This document shows, one piece after another, positions 1 through 10,098 of a DNA stretch of 64,000 nt. The stretch comes from Bdellovibrionales bacterium RIFOXYD12_FULL_39_22 (GTDB lineage Bacteria; Bdellovibrionota; Bacteriovoracia; Bacteriovoracales; Bacteriovoracaceae), in the NCBI GenBank assembly GCA_001770205.1, contig MEQL01000039.1, positions 74,787 to 138,786 of the forward strand. The letters are read 5' to 3'. The notes beneath the pieces are model-generated. The model made no database searches. It saw nothing but the letters and a program-made list of their open reading frames with translations, and was not told where the DNA came from. The position numbers and the translations under genes were made by a program. How positions within the stretch are numbered: the first letter of the stretch is position 1; the number at the start of each line of letters is the position of its first letter.

Positions 1-199
1 AAAAATGACGTTGTCACAATCTACTTACTATAAAAATTTATAAGGCATTTTACACCAAAGCGTTAATTCCGTACACAATATCGACAACTTATTTTAATTG
101 AGATGGCCGGATAAATTTGCCTAGTGTAGCTCCTTTGGCAATATGGCCGGTATCATTGATTGAAAGTGTACTTTATTGCAAAGTCGCAATGGAGGATTA

Positions 200-1078
200 G
201 TGAAAGATATTTGGGTGCCAGTCTCGGGAGCGATTGCTCAACAGCGCAATGTTGATGTTATTGCCAATAATGTTGCCAATATCAATACTCCAGGATTTAA
301 AAAAGATCAGCTAGTGTTCAAAGAATATTTGGCGGCCATGCAAAAAGGTGTTGATGATATTGATCTTCCCCGCAAGGAATGGGCCCCCGGCGATTTTTAT
401 AAAAGTTATGGGGCAGAAAATGGATATGTGGTAGTTGATGGTTCGTATACAATTCATGGGCAAGGAGCACTCAATCCAACGGGAAATTCTTTGGATTTTG
501 GACTGCAGGGCGAAGGAATGTTTGAGATTTTAACTCCGAACGGAGTTCGTTTTTCACGACGTGGAACTTTCTCTATAGACAAAGATGGTACCTTAGTGAC
601 GGAGTTAGGATTTCCCGTCTTGGCAAAAACTAATGCGTTACCGGCCGAAGAAATAACTACTGGCCAGGCAGTCGCCGCAGGAACGGAGTCTCCTCCGACC
701 GATGCTGCTACAAATGCGATAACGCCAGAGATGAGAGCAATTAAACTACCACCAGGAAAAATTTCTGCCAATCAAGAAGGACAACTTTTTGTTGATGGTA
801 ATCAGGTTGGTGAACTTTCAATTATAGAATTTAAAGATATTTATGCACTAAAAAAAGAAGGAAGCAATTTATACATTAATCCAGAGACGGCCAATATAAA
901 GGCCGCTCCAACAAAAACGACAGTCTATCAGGGCTTTGTGGAAGGATCAAATGTTAATGCCATTTCTGAAATGTCTGAGTTGATCAAGGCCAACCGTCAG
1001 TTTGAAAGCGTGATAAGAGCAATTAAGGCCTACGACAGTATGTCTGGTAAGGGTGTCAACGAGATTGGAAAGTTTTAG
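200..1078 (+). CDS. flgF: flagellar basal-body rod protein FlgF
   Basis: VIANNVANINTPGFK N-terminal motif and QGFVEGSNVNAISEM C-terminal motif of rod/hook proteins; GTG at 200 after GGAGG; precedes flgG. Confidence 0.88.
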   Translation: MKDIWVPVSGAIAQQRNVDVIANNVANINTPGFKKDQLVFKEYLAAMQKGVDDIDLPRKEWAPGDFYKSYGAENGYVVVDGSYTIHGQGALNPTGNSLDFGLQGEGMFEILTPNGVRFSRRGTFSIDKDGTLVTELGFPVLAKTNALPAEEITTGQAVAAGTESPPTDAATNAITPEMRAIKLPPGKISANQEGQLFVDGNQVGELSIIEFKDIYALKKEGSNLYINPETANIKAAPTKTTVYQGFVEGSNVNAISEMSELIKANRQFESVIRAIKAYDSMSGKGVNEIGKF

Positions 1079-1118
1079 AGGACTAGAAGACTAAGATGAT
1101 GAATAAAGGAGAAGGTCT

Positions 1119-1970
1119 ATGATTATGCAGGCACTAAAAGTATTTTTGATAACTTTCTTTTTTTGTCTAGCACTGGACATATATTCGATGACGGCAATAA
1201 ATACTGCGGCCACCGGAATGGCCGCTCAGGAGACTAACGTTAATACTATCTCCAATAATATAGCTAATGTTAATACTACGGGCTTTAAACGTGGCCGGGC
1301 AGAATTTGAAGATTTAATTTATGAAACCCGCAATGAGGCCGGAAGTCGCTCCAGTGGAAACAGCCTTTATAACGTGGGAACACAAATTGGTACTGGCGCT
1401 AGGGTCTCTGCGGTTCGCAACGAGTTTAGTGCGGGAAATCCGCAAGTAACAAACAATCCCTATGATTTGATGATTAGCGGGGAAGGTTTTTTTGGGATTA
1501 TTATGCCTAACAATGAATTGCGCTTCACTCGTGATGGTGCTTTTAGTGCCGATGCCAATGGTATTTTGGTTACCAAACAGGGATATAAAGTTTTTCCAAC
1601 CTTCACTATTCCTCCCAACGCAAAATCAATGTCGATTTCCGAAAACGGAGTGGTGGACATTTATCTCAACGATCAGTTAGAGCCAACTACTCTAGGTGTT
1701 CTTCCTCTCTTTACTTTTATAAATAATGCTGGCCTCAAAGAGAGTGGTGGAAATTTGTATCGTGCCACCCAGTCCAGCGGTGCCCCCATACAGGGAGTTC
1801 CTGGAGAAGGAATTGTGGGGGCCATTATGCAAGGAACACTTGAAACATCCAATGTAAACATTATGACCGAGATGACTAATTTAATTCGGGCGCAACGGGC
1901 CTATGAGATGAATGCCAAGGTAATGGGTGTGGCCGACCAAATGTTACAAACGGCAACGAATATTCGCTAG
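1119..1970 (+). CDS. flgG: flagellar distal rod protein FlgG, with a hydrophobic N-terminal extension
   Basis: TAATGMAAQ..ISNNIANVNTTGFKRGRAEFEDLIY and LETSNVNIMTEMTNLIRAQRAYEMNAK motifs; canonical-looking start would be ATG 1188. Confidence 0.93.
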   Translation: MIMQALKVFLITFFFCLALDIYSMTAINTAATGMAAQETNVNTISNNIANVNTTGFKRGRAEFEDLIYETRNEAGSRSSGNSLYNVGTQIGTGARVSAVRNEFSAGNPQVTNNPYDLMISGEGFFGIIMPNNELRFTRDGAFSADANGILVTKQGYKVFPTFTIPPNAKSMSISENGVVDIYLNDQLEPTTLGVLPLFTFINNAGLKESGGNLYRATQSSGAPIQGVPGEGIVGAIMQGTLETSNVNIMTEMTNLIRAQRAYEMNAKVMGVADQMLQTATNIR

Positions 1971-1981
1971 AGATATATTTT

Positions 1982-2884
1982 ATGAGATGGTATTTTTTTA
2001 CATTTTTATTACTGACGAATGTTGCAAGTGCGGAAGGACTTAAGGCCTGCACACTTACCACTTATCCTCAGATTTACTATCTCGAGGAAAGTAATATTTT
2101 TGCAAATGAATTAGTAAAAGATAGCAATTGTCCCCTCACCACTCAAGAAATTTTTGCACAGAACATCACAGCACTAAATGGGCCTATTGTAGGAGAGCAT
2201 TTGAAGCGTGCTTTGTATGAAGAGTTAGATGGACAGGAGATAACTTTTTTCCCTGAGGAATTTAAGGTTTTTTCACTGGAAAAAAAATTGGCCACCTTGT
2301 TGACGCTGCCTAATGGTTGGAGTTTAAGCAAGCTTACGCTACTAGATGGTAGAAAACATTTGTTTTTAAATAACAATCAACAATTATCGGTCAGTTGTAA
2401 TAATTGCACACAATTGGGAGAGAAAAATCTCCATCTTACGGTGCGAGATATAATATCGGGAGAAAGCAGTTCTTTTTGGGCCAGCGCGACGATAATGGCC
2501 AGAACACCGATATATGTGGCGGCCCATAATTTATCGGTTACAAATGAGGCCCTTTCAGAAAAAGATCTTCAAAAGGCCTTCATAGAAGCTGTAAATCCAG
2601 AACAATATACTTGGGAAACAGACCAGCTTGCCTACTATAAAATTAATCATTCCATTGTGGCCGGAACTCCTATTAAACGTTCCGACCTATCCCCCTTAGT
2701 CCTTGTTACTCCTGGTGTGCCTGCGGAGGTAATCTTTATTAGCAACAGCATTAGAATTACCGGAAAAGCTCTTCCAACTTCTCGTGGACAGTGGGGAGAG
2801 AGCGTGAAAATGATTAATGAAAAAAACAGGAAAACTATCATTGGTAAAGTGATAGATTTTAACAAGGTTTTAGTTGAGTTATGA
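1982..2884 (+). CDS. flgA: flagellar P-ring chaperone FlgA
   Basis: Signal peptide; C-terminal SAF-like region (ITGKAL..GQWGESVKMINEKNRKTIIGKV); sits between flgG and flgH. Confidence 0.8.
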   Translation: MRWYFFTFLLLTNVASAEGLKACTLTTYPQIYYLEESNIFANELVKDSNCPLTTQEIFAQNITALNGPIVGEHLKRALYEELDGQEITFFPEEFKVFSLEKKLATLLTLPNGWSLSKLTLLDGRKHLFLNNNQQLSVSCNNCTQLGEKNLHLTVRDIISGESSSFWASATIMARTPIYVAAHNLSVTNEALSEKDLQKAFIEAVNPEQYTWETDQLAYYKINHSIVAGTPIKRSDLSPLVLVTPGVPAEVIFISNSIRITGKALPTSRGQWGESVKMINEKNRKTIIGKVIDFNKVLVEL

Positions 2885-3732
2885 AAAAGATGATTGTAAA
2901 AGTTTGGCCCCAGATTCTTTTGTTAGCATTTCTTTTTTCTCTTGTTTCTTGCGCAGGATATATGGAAAACATGTATCGTCAATTTGATGAAGACGAGGCC
3001 CGTGCCAACACTACTTCGCAAGATCAGTTTGATCGTTATCGTCAAGGAGATGCCGCCAATAAAGAAGATGACGCAATGTTTTTGCGCAAGTCAATGAAAA
3101 CTAATCGTGGAAATGGCCCAGGGCCGGTGACAACCAGTACTCGGCCGGTGTTGCCACCGACGGTGCAACGCGAGTATGTTCCGGCCCGGCCGGCGGTAAA
3201 AAAGCGAATCACCTCTAAAGATCTCAATGATAATGATAATTCAGGAAGTTTATGGGGAGGGACGCAATCATCTTCTGAAGGCTTTTTATTTTCCGTTGAT
3301 ACACGCAAAAAAGTGGGAGACATCGTTTTAATTAACGTTTTGGCCATAATGAAAGCAGAAATTACTATGGAATTAAAAAAAGCATTTCCGCTAGAAGAAC
3401 CTCCGCCTGAAGTAGTCGATCCTAATAAACCCGCCGATAATCCTAATGCTTCTCCGGAAGATCCAACAGCTAAGAAAAAAGAGGTGGCAAAACCAAAGGC
3501 CGCCAAAGAAGAGGATAATGCAGTAGCAGACATTAGAGACCGAATTTCAGGCATTATCGTAGAAGAAATTAGTGCCGAACATATATTGATAAAAGGTCGA
3601 CGCATGGTTTTCTTTCGTGGAGGCAAGCGCAATGTAGAAGTGCAGGCATTGGTTTCCCGGAAAGATATTGCGGAAGACGATTCAATAAACTCAGATAAAA
3701 TTTTGGAGTCAACGATAACGATTATCCAGTAA
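2881..3732 (+). CDS. flgH: divergent flagellar L-ring lipoprotein FlgH
   Basis: Lipobox LVSC; GSLW and RKKVGDIVLINV motifs; LVSRKDIAEDDSINSDKI; between flgA and flgI. Confidence 0.75.
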   Translation: MKKMIVKVWPQILLLAFLFSLVSCAGYMENMYRQFDEDEARANTTSQDQFDRYRQGDAANKEDDAMFLRKSMKTNRGNGPGPVTTSTRPVLPPTVQREYVPARPAVKKRITSKDLNDNDNSGSLWGGTQSSSEGFLFSVDTRKKVGDIVLINVLAIMKAEITMELKKAFPLEEPPPEVVDPNKPADNPNASPEDPTAKKKEVAKPKAAKEEDNAVADIRDRISGIIVEEISAEHILIKGRRMVFFRGGKRNVEVQALVSRKDIAEDDSINSDKILESTITIIQ

Positions 3733-3746
3733 GAGAAGGTAGATTT

Positions 3747-4799
3747 ATGAATAAAATTTTTATTACCACAATGATCATGGCCACCCTACTATTTAGCAGT
3801 TCGCTTTACTCAGAACCAAGTCGACTAAAAGATTTGGTCACCGTTAAAGGAGTGCGCAGTAATTCGATTATTGGATATGGACTCGTTATTGGCCTCAATG
3901 GAACCGGAGATGGTGGCGGAGAAATTACCAATACTGCCCTTTCGCGCATGTTTCAAAAACTAGGTCTGAATGCCCAAAAAGAGATTGTTTCCAAAAATGT
4001 TGCTTCTGTAATTATCACAGCAGATCTTAAACCTTTTGCACGTATTGGCCAAAAATTAGATGTAACAGTTTCTTCTATTGGTGATGCTGGCTCGTTGGCC
4101 GGAGGTACTCTGCTAATTACTCCTTTGAAAGGAGGCGATGGAAATATTTATGCCGTGGCCAGCGGGGCCATTTCCATTGGGGGATTGGATAAAGGAAAGA
4201 AATTCCCTACAACTGGTGTAATTCCTGGTGGTGCTATTGTTGAAAAAGAGATTGATTTAAATTTTGATGAAAAAAAATCATTACGCTTATCACTTAACAA
4301 TCCGGATTTTACCACTGCGGCACGAGTAGAAGTAGTAATCAATCAGGAGTTGGGGGGGAAGTTTGCTATTGCCAGAGATGCAACTACAGTTGATCTGATT
4401 ATTCCGGATAGTTATCAAAATGACGTAGTAAAATTAATGGCCATTGTAGAAAATTTTAAAGTTAACAGCGATGCTGTTGCCAAAATTGTAATTAATGAAA
4501 AAACAGGAACCATTGTGGCCGGAGGAGAGGTTGTTTTAAAAGAAGTGGCCATTGCGCATGGGGATTTGAGCATAGAAATTGGTGGTAACATCGAAGGTGA
4601 CAGCGGAGAGAGTGGCGGTGGAGGAAAAAAAGATTCTGCCAGTGGACTTAGTCGATTCTATTTTGTGGAACAAAAAACCACACTCAAAGATTTAGTTAAG
4701 GCCCTTAATGCTTATGGGGCAACGCCAGAAGATTTGATTTCTATTTTTCAAGCATTAAAGCGAAATGGCTCACTCATTGGTGAGATTGAACTGATCTAG
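3747..4799 (+). CDS. flgI: flagellar P-ring protein FlgI
   Basis: RLKDLVTVKGVRSN.IIGYGLVIGLNGTGD and LNAYGATPEDLISIFQALK motifs. Confidence 0.95.
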   Translation: MNKIFITTMIMATLLFSSSLYSEPSRLKDLVTVKGVRSNSIIGYGLVIGLNGTGDGGGEITNTALSRMFQKLGLNAQKEIVSKNVASVIITADLKPFARIGQKLDVTVSSIGDAGSLAGGTLLITPLKGGDGNIYAVASGAISIGGLDKGKKFPTTGVIPGGAIVEKEIDLNFDEKKSLRLSLNNPDFTTAARVEVVINQELGGKFAIARDATTVDLIIPDSYQNDVVKLMAIVENFKVNSDAVAKIVINEKTGTIVAGGEVVLKEVAIAHGDLSIEIGGNIEGDSGESGGGGKKDSASGLSRFYFVEQKTTLKDLVKALNAYGATPEDLISIFQALKRNGSLIGEIELI

Positions 4800-4838
4800 T
4801 CTATCTCTTTGAAGATCTGTGCTATGTAAAAATTGGTC

Positions 4839-4877
4839 ACTGCAAAAACAGCAACCCCCCTTTTCTGTTTTTACAGT
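4839..4877. other. stem-loop in the flgI-flgJ intergenic region
   Basis: ACTGCAAAAACAG (4839-4851) / CTGTTTTTACAGT (4865-4877): 13-bp arms, one mismatch that is a G-U pair on the minus strand. Confidence 0.5.
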
Positions 4878-5124
4878 AATAGCATGTCGATCTATCTTTA
4901 TCTTAAAAAATTCTGGAATTGACCTCCGAACTATTTTTGACAAAAACCATCGTGTATTTTGCGTAAAAAGGTGGATATAACATATCGGAAAAAGTGAATT
5001 GATCTAAGCGATAGGTTATTTTTACATCCCTAGCATTTTATTCCCTTTCTATGTTACAATTTTAACTGTTGGCAAAGGCCATATCTGATTATGAATAGAT
5101 CAGATTAAAATCTAGGATGGAAAA

Positions 5125-5586
5125 GTGATTGAAGAAACGGGCCCCGTTAAATTCAAGATTTATGGACAGCAACAAGCGATTGCTAATCGTCAGCGGGCCG
5201 ATGATACCCAATACATTCCTGATGAGTATAAAGCGTTTGCTCGTGATCAGGAAAAACAATTTGTACAAATGATGCTTGAGCAAATGAATAATTCTGTTCC
5301 TAAAAATGGATTAGGATTGGAAGGAGAAAATGGTGGAGATAATTCAGCAATGAATTACTATAACTCAATTCTAACTTCTGAACATGCCGATGTTATGAGT
5401 AAAAAAGATGGAGGACTAGGAGTGCAGAAAATGATTTTAGATCAACTCTATCCGCATTCCAGACGCAATCCAATTGCATATAATGCGTATTTAGAACAAA
5501 AAAATCAAATGGCAGAGGGCCGCGCCCACGCGCGCGCAGCATCATCAAGGGCACTGCAAAATGCCAAGGGAGTAGCTAATGAATAA
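5125..5586 (+). CDS. flgJ: short FlgJ-like rod-binding protein (no muramidase domain)
   Basis: EKQFVQMMLEQM...GGLGVQKMILDQL rod-binding motif; between flgI and flgM. Confidence 0.7.
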   Translation: MIEETGPVKFKIYGQQQAIANRQRADDTQYIPDEYKAFARDQEKQFVQMMLEQMNNSVPKNGLGLEGENGGDNSAMNYYNSILTSEHADVMSKKDGGLGVQKMILDQLYPHSRRNPIAYNAYLEQKNQMAEGRAHARAASSRALQNAKGVANE

Positions 5587-5908
5587 CGTCGAAAATTCAA
5601 CCTCGAAATCGCCTTTTTTTCCCAATCAAAAACCGGCCGATCGCCCGGAAAAAGTTCGTCGGAATATTTTACCAACGAATGATCCGGCCAGAAAAATAAA
5701 GATCGATGAAATGGCCAAGCGAGATGCCAAGGTAGATATCGCTGATGCAGTAAAAGATTTTTCACGAATAAAGAGTGCAGTTGATGCGGCCCCAGAAATA
5801 GACAATAGCGCAAAGATTGCCAAGCTAAAGGCCGAAATTAAAAATGGTACATACAATATAGACTACGATGCCGTGGCCGATAAATTATTGGAGAGCGAAT
5901 ACTACTAA
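5579..5908 (+). CDS. flgM: anti-sigma-28 factor FlgM
   Basis: KIAKLKAEIKNGTYNIDYDAVADKLL C-terminal motif. Confidence 0.9.
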   Translation: MNNVENSTSKSPFFPNQKPADRPEKVRRNILPTNDPARKIKIDEMAKRDAKVDIADAVKDFSRIKSAVDAAPEIDNSAKIAKLKAEIKNGTYNIDYDAVADKLLESEYY

Positions 5909-5925
5909 TTCGCAGGCAAAAGTGA

Positions 5926-6483
5926 GTGATGAGTATGGAAATTAATAAAAAGAAAATGGAAAAGTTGGAGCTTTTTTATTTTCAAATAACTGATCTTTGG
6001 AAACAGCTTTGTGAAGAACACTCCCGACTTTTTGATTTGACGGGGGATGAATATTCTGTGCTTTTGGCCAGCAATCTTGATGAACTCGATGTGATTGTAG
6101 AAAAAAAAATGCAGCTTACTACCAAGATCAATCATTTAGAAAGTGTACGGCTTGATGTTATGAATCGACTTAATGAGGCCATCCATTCTGGCGAGGTGGC
6201 GGGAGAGACAGAGGTTAAGAGTGTTGCCGATCTTTTAAGGATAATGGCCGATTTTGAAAAAATTAATAATCAAAATCATCTTTTCCGCTTTAATAGAATT
6301 TTAATCGACATTATTGAAAAGATTAAAGAGCAAAATAAAAAAAATCAGATGTTTATTAATAAAGCACTGCTTTCTTTACGACAAATTCGTGAGGATGTTA
6401 CGGGAACAAAAAGTTACACCACCTACAACGCACGAGGTATTCCTAAACAGGAAAAAGAAGTGGGAAAAAACCATAAGCAGTAA
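5926..6483 (+). CDS. flgN: flagellar export chaperone FlgN
   Basis: All-helical; IKEQNKKNQMFINKAL and TTYNARG motifs; between flgM and flgK. Confidence 0.8.
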   Translation: MMSMEINKKKMEKLELFYFQITDLWKQLCEEHSRLFDLTGDEYSVLLASNLDELDVIVEKKMQLTTKINHLESVRLDVMNRLNEAIHSGEVAGETEVKSVADLLRIMADFEKINNQNHLFRFNRILIDIIEKIKEQNKKNQMFINKALLSLRQIREDVTGTKSYTTYNARGIPKQEKEVGKNHKQ

Positions 6484-6517
6484 AGTGTAAGATGCGTTAT
6501 GACCAAGGAGGGCGAAA

Positions 6518-7984
6518 TTGCCTGATGTACTTAATATAGGGTTGTCTGGGTTGTCGGCGGCCAAAAAGGGCATCGAAACTACCAGTCATAACTTGGCAAA
6601 CGCGAATACGGAAGGTTATTCCCGCCAGCGTATAAATCAAACAACTAACACCCCCGTTACGCAAAGTGGATTAATTCATGGCACCGGGGTGCGCGTTGTG
6701 GATGTTAATCGTATCCATGATCCTTTTTTAGAAAAAAAATTAACTTCTACGATCTCTGCACATGAGTATTTTAAAGAGCGCAATGTGCAGATGGAGCAGT
6801 TGGAAAATATTTTTAATGAGGTCAATGGCGAAGGAATGAATCAACTTTTGAATAAGTTTTATAACTCCTTTCGCGATCTGGCCAATCAACCGGAAAATGA
6901 AACGGTGCGCTCAGTGGTACGAGATGGAACCCGTTTGATCATTCAAGATTTTCATCGTATGCGCGAAACTCTAAACGCCATGGCCACGGGGATTGATGGC
7001 AAAGTCACCAATGAGATCACCAGTATTAATCAGATCTCTTCACATCTGGCGGCCTTGAATAAGAAAATTGCAGAGCTGGAGGCCAATGGCCAAGAGACTG
7101 GAGATTTGCGAGATCAGCGCGATCTGGGAGTGCGAGAACTGGCAAAGTCTTTTAATATTTCAACCTATGCTGATGAAAAAAATAAGTTTGTAGTATTTGC
7201 CAAGGGAGTTGGCCCACTAGTTATTGGCGGTATCTCTCAGGAGTTGAAAGTAGGAAAACTTGCCAAGGCCGATTCTGCCAACAATATGGATGGCTCGGTG
7301 GAAATTTTCGTCGAAGGTCGGCCCAATTTTCCAATAAGTGGAAAATTTTCGGGAGGAATTGTCTCTTCTTTGCTTATTGCTCGCAATGAAGATATTTTCA
7401 AATTACAAAATAAAATTGACTCTATCGCCTATGACTTTATAAATACCGTTAATGCGATTCATCGCCGCGGATTTATTAATCGTCCTATTGAAATGGATGC
7501 CGAGGGAAATCCTATTGAACGCAATGGTTCTCCCGTAACCGGAATTAATTTTTTCAAACATCTTGATAGTCGAGAGAATGCTTCAGCACTTATTGATTTT
7601 AGTGAGGCAGTAAAAGATGATATAAACAACATTGCCACGGCCTTGGAACCAAATAGTCCGGGGGACAATCGTATCGCTTTGGCCATTTCAAAATTACAAC
7701 ACGAAAAAATTTTAAATGATGGTAATTCTACTTTGGAAGAAGAGTATCTCTCTGTAATTGGAAACATAGGACTGGAGACCGGCAAGGCCAAAATTGATAG
7801 CGAACATACTGAGGGGTTATTGGCCCAAACCCAGGCCATTAAAGATCGCCTCTCCGGCGTCTCCATCGATGAAGAAACGGCCAATCTGATTCGCTATCAA
7901 CACTCCTTTGAAGCATCAGCAAAAGTGCTAAATACTGTGGATAAAATGTTTGAAACTGTTTTAGGCCTTGGTGGCAGAGGTTAA
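6518..7984 (+). CDS. flgK: hook-associated protein FlgK
   Basis: LNIGLSGL..TSHNLANANTEGYSRQR and SGVSIDEETANLIRYQHSFEASAKV; TTG start after AGGAGG. Confidence 0.95.
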   Translation: MPDVLNIGLSGLSAAKKGIETTSHNLANANTEGYSRQRINQTTNTPVTQSGLIHGTGVRVVDVNRIHDPFLEKKLTSTISAHEYFKERNVQMEQLENIFNEVNGEGMNQLLNKFYNSFRDLANQPENETVRSVVRDGTRLIIQDFHRMRETLNAMATGIDGKVTNEITSINQISSHLAALNKKIAELEANGQETGDLRDQRDLGVRELAKSFNISTYADEKNKFVVFAKGVGPLVIGGISQELKVGKLAKADSANNMDGSVEIFVEGRPNFPISGKFSGGIVSSLLIARNEDIFKLQNKIDSIAYDFINTVNAIHRRGFINRPIEMDAEGNPIERNGSPVTGINFFKHLDSRENASALIDFSEAVKDDINNIATALEPNSPGDNRIALAISKLQHEKILNDGNSTLEEEYLSVIGNIGLETGKAKIDSEHTEGLLAQTQAIKDRLSGVSIDEETANLIRYQHSFEASAKVLNTVDKMFETVLGLGGRG

Positions 7985-7993
7985 GGACAATAA

Positions 7994-9055
7994 ATGACCA
8001 GAGTATCTGAAAATAGCAATATGGCCGCAGTAAACTTGTCCATCAACAAGGCCAAAAGCAAATTGGAAAATTTGCAAATGAAAGGCGCTAGCCTGAAAGA
8101 GGTCAATCGTCCTTCTGATAATCCGATTGGAAGCGTGGAAGCTCTAAGTATTGGATCAATCACTGGTGATAATGAACAATATTTGAAAAATATTAATCAT
8201 GCTCTTATGCAGTTAAATATTTCCGAGAGCACCTTGGAGCAATTAACCGAAGTTATGGTCAAGGCCAAGGAAATGGCAGTCGGCCAGGCCTCCGATTTTT
8301 ATGACGAAAAAATTCGCAAAAATGTGGTAATGGAGATAACGCAACTGCGCAATCAGGCCTTGGCCTTGGCCAATCAACGCCTGGGCCCACGCTTTATTTT
8401 TGGTGGCCACTCCACCCTAAAACCGCCTTTTGATAAAGATGGTAACTATCTCGGAGATTCCGGAAAAATTAATTTGGAAGTTGCCAAAGATCTTTTTGTT
8501 CCAATAAATGTTCCCGGCAATGAGGTCTTTTTTTCTGCTGAAAAAAACAGTTCTCGCATTGAAAGTCCGATGAAGGATATTCCAGAAATTCATCGTGGAA
8601 AACCGGCAATCGAAGAGGAAAAATTTAATGAGGAGCTTCCGCCAGAAGAAAGCGTTGAAGTTTCTCGAGAGTTAGCATCGGTAAAAATTAATAACGATTT
8701 GGATAAAGATTTTGCGGCCCGTAATAATATTTTTTCCCAACTCTCTTCTTTCATTGCCGCACTAGAAAATAATGACACCAAAGTAATTCAATCCTTGCTA
8801 GAAGGTTTTGATGAGAGCATCAGTCGTCTAATTACCATCCGCACTAAAATTGGTTCTTTACATAGTTCTGTACAAATTGCGAAAAATGGCATCGAAGGCC
8901 AAAATCTCCAACTAGCAGAGAAAAAAAGCTTACTTCTAGACGCAGATATTGCTGAAGTTTTCTCCGATTTGACAAAACAGCAACAAGTTTTAAAAACTAC
9001 CTACAACTCCAGCAAAGGCCTAATAAATCAGACACTTCTAGATTTTATCCGCTAG
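7994..9055 (+). CDS. flgL: hook-associated protein FlgL
   Basis: RPSDNP motif, RFIFGG, C-terminal TLLDFIR; follows flgK. Confidence 0.92.
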   Translation: MTRVSENSNMAAVNLSINKAKSKLENLQMKGASLKEVNRPSDNPIGSVEALSIGSITGDNEQYLKNINHALMQLNISESTLEQLTEVMVKAKEMAVGQASDFYDEKIRKNVVMEITQLRNQALALANQRLGPRFIFGGHSTLKPPFDKDGNYLGDSGKINLEVAKDLFVPINVPGNEVFFSAEKNSSRIESPMKDIPEIHRGKPAIEEEKFNEELPPEESVEVSRELASVKINNDLDKDFAARNNIFSQLSSFIAALENNDTKVIQSLLEGFDESISRLITIRTKIGSLHSSVQIAKNGIEGQNLQLAEKKSLLLDADIAEVFSDLTKQQQVLKTTYNSSKGLINQTLLDFIR

Positions 9056-9194
9056 CCCCTTTTATTTTTTTTGAAAAATCGCTTTTTTACTTACTAATTT
9101 GATTGCATATCAAAAATTTTACTTGATTTTTGCATGTCGAAATAATATATCAGACCCTCTAACACTAGGATGGGCCAATTAAGGGGTTATTAAA

Positions 9195-9425
9195 ATGCTG
9201 GTATTGACACGGAAGCTGGGCGAAAGCATTGCGATTGATGACCACATAAAGATTGTAGTCGTTCAAATCAAAGGTAAGCAAGTAAGGCTTGGAATTAAGG
9301 CACCGAAGGAAACAAAAATTCACCGCGAAGAAGTTTATGATGCTATTCAAAAACAGAACTCGGAAGCATCTCAATCTGATATAAATGATTTGTACAAACT
9401 CTCCGAAGAATTGAAGAAGAAATAA
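9195..9425 (+). CDS. csrA: carbon storage regulator CsrA
   Basis: MLVLTRKLGESIAI...VRLGIKAPKETKIHREEVY. Confidence 0.97.
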   Translation: MLVLTRKLGESIAIDDHIKIVVVQIKGKQVRLGIKAPKETKIHREEVYDAIQKQNSEASQSDINDLYKLSEELKKK

Positions 9426-9510
9426 ATTCCTCCTTGCTCTTTTATGCTTTTGATTGCTAGAATCTAACGGCCGGAATCGAAATGATGCCGGACAAATTGG
9501 AGGCAATTAC

Positions 9511-10098
9511 ATGAAGGTAAAGACAACGCGATTTGGTGAACTTGATGTTGATAAAAAAGATGTCATCACTTTTAAAGAAGGCATTTTAGGCTTTGAAAGT
9601 TTGAAAAAATTCTTTGTTGTTGACCCAGGAGACCAAACCTTGATCCTTTGGCTTCAGTCTGTTGAAAATTCCTCCGTTGCGTTTCCAATCATCGAACCTA
9701 AAATTTTCAAACCTGATTACGTTGTAAAACTTTTACCAATAGAGCTTAATAGTTTGGAGCTCGAGAATTTAGCTGATGCTAATGTTTATACCGTTATTAC
9801 TATTCCTCCGACAGTAACAGAAATGTCCGCCAATATGAAAGCGCCCATTGTAATTAACAACAAAACCAAAGTGGCGCGGCAAATCGTTTTGCAGGATAAT
9901 AAATTAGAAGTAAGGCACAAAATGTATATGGAATTGAAAAAATACATTGTTAATTTTTCTTCTGATGATTCAAAAAGAACACGTGTTGAACTTGCTATTT
10001 CCGTTGATAATGCCACGGCCACTGAGGTCGAGGTGGAAAATCACAACGAAGAGCGAGTATCACGTATCAATTCAAATACAGCTATTGATTTGCAATAG
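9511..10098 (+). CDS. fliW: flagellar assembly factor FliW
   Basis: MKVKTTRFGE..ITFKEGILGFE..WLQS..SANMKAPIVIN; ATG 9511 after GGAGG; adjacent to csrA. Confidence 0.93.
   Translation: MKVKTTRFGELDVDKKDVITFKEGILGFESLKKFFVVDPGDQTLILWLQSVENSSVAFPIIEPKIFKPDYVVKLLPIELNSLELENLADANVYTVITIPPTVTEMSANMKAPIVINNKTKVARQIVLQDNKLEVRHKMYMELKKYIVNFSSDDSKRTRVELAISVDNATATEVEVENHNEERVSRINSNTAIDLQ

Noticed and set aside
104..150. Sigma-54 promoter upstream of flgF
   Set aside because: GG-to-GC spacing is 8 or 12 nt, not the required 10
3042..3632. Long antisense ORFs (here, 7459-7884, 56123-56608 and many within the giant genes)
   Set aside because: Shadow frames of well-supported genes, with no motifs of their own
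5125..5586. FlgJ lacking the muramidase domain as a novelty
   Set aside because: Single-domain FlgJ is common outside beta/gamma-proteobacteria
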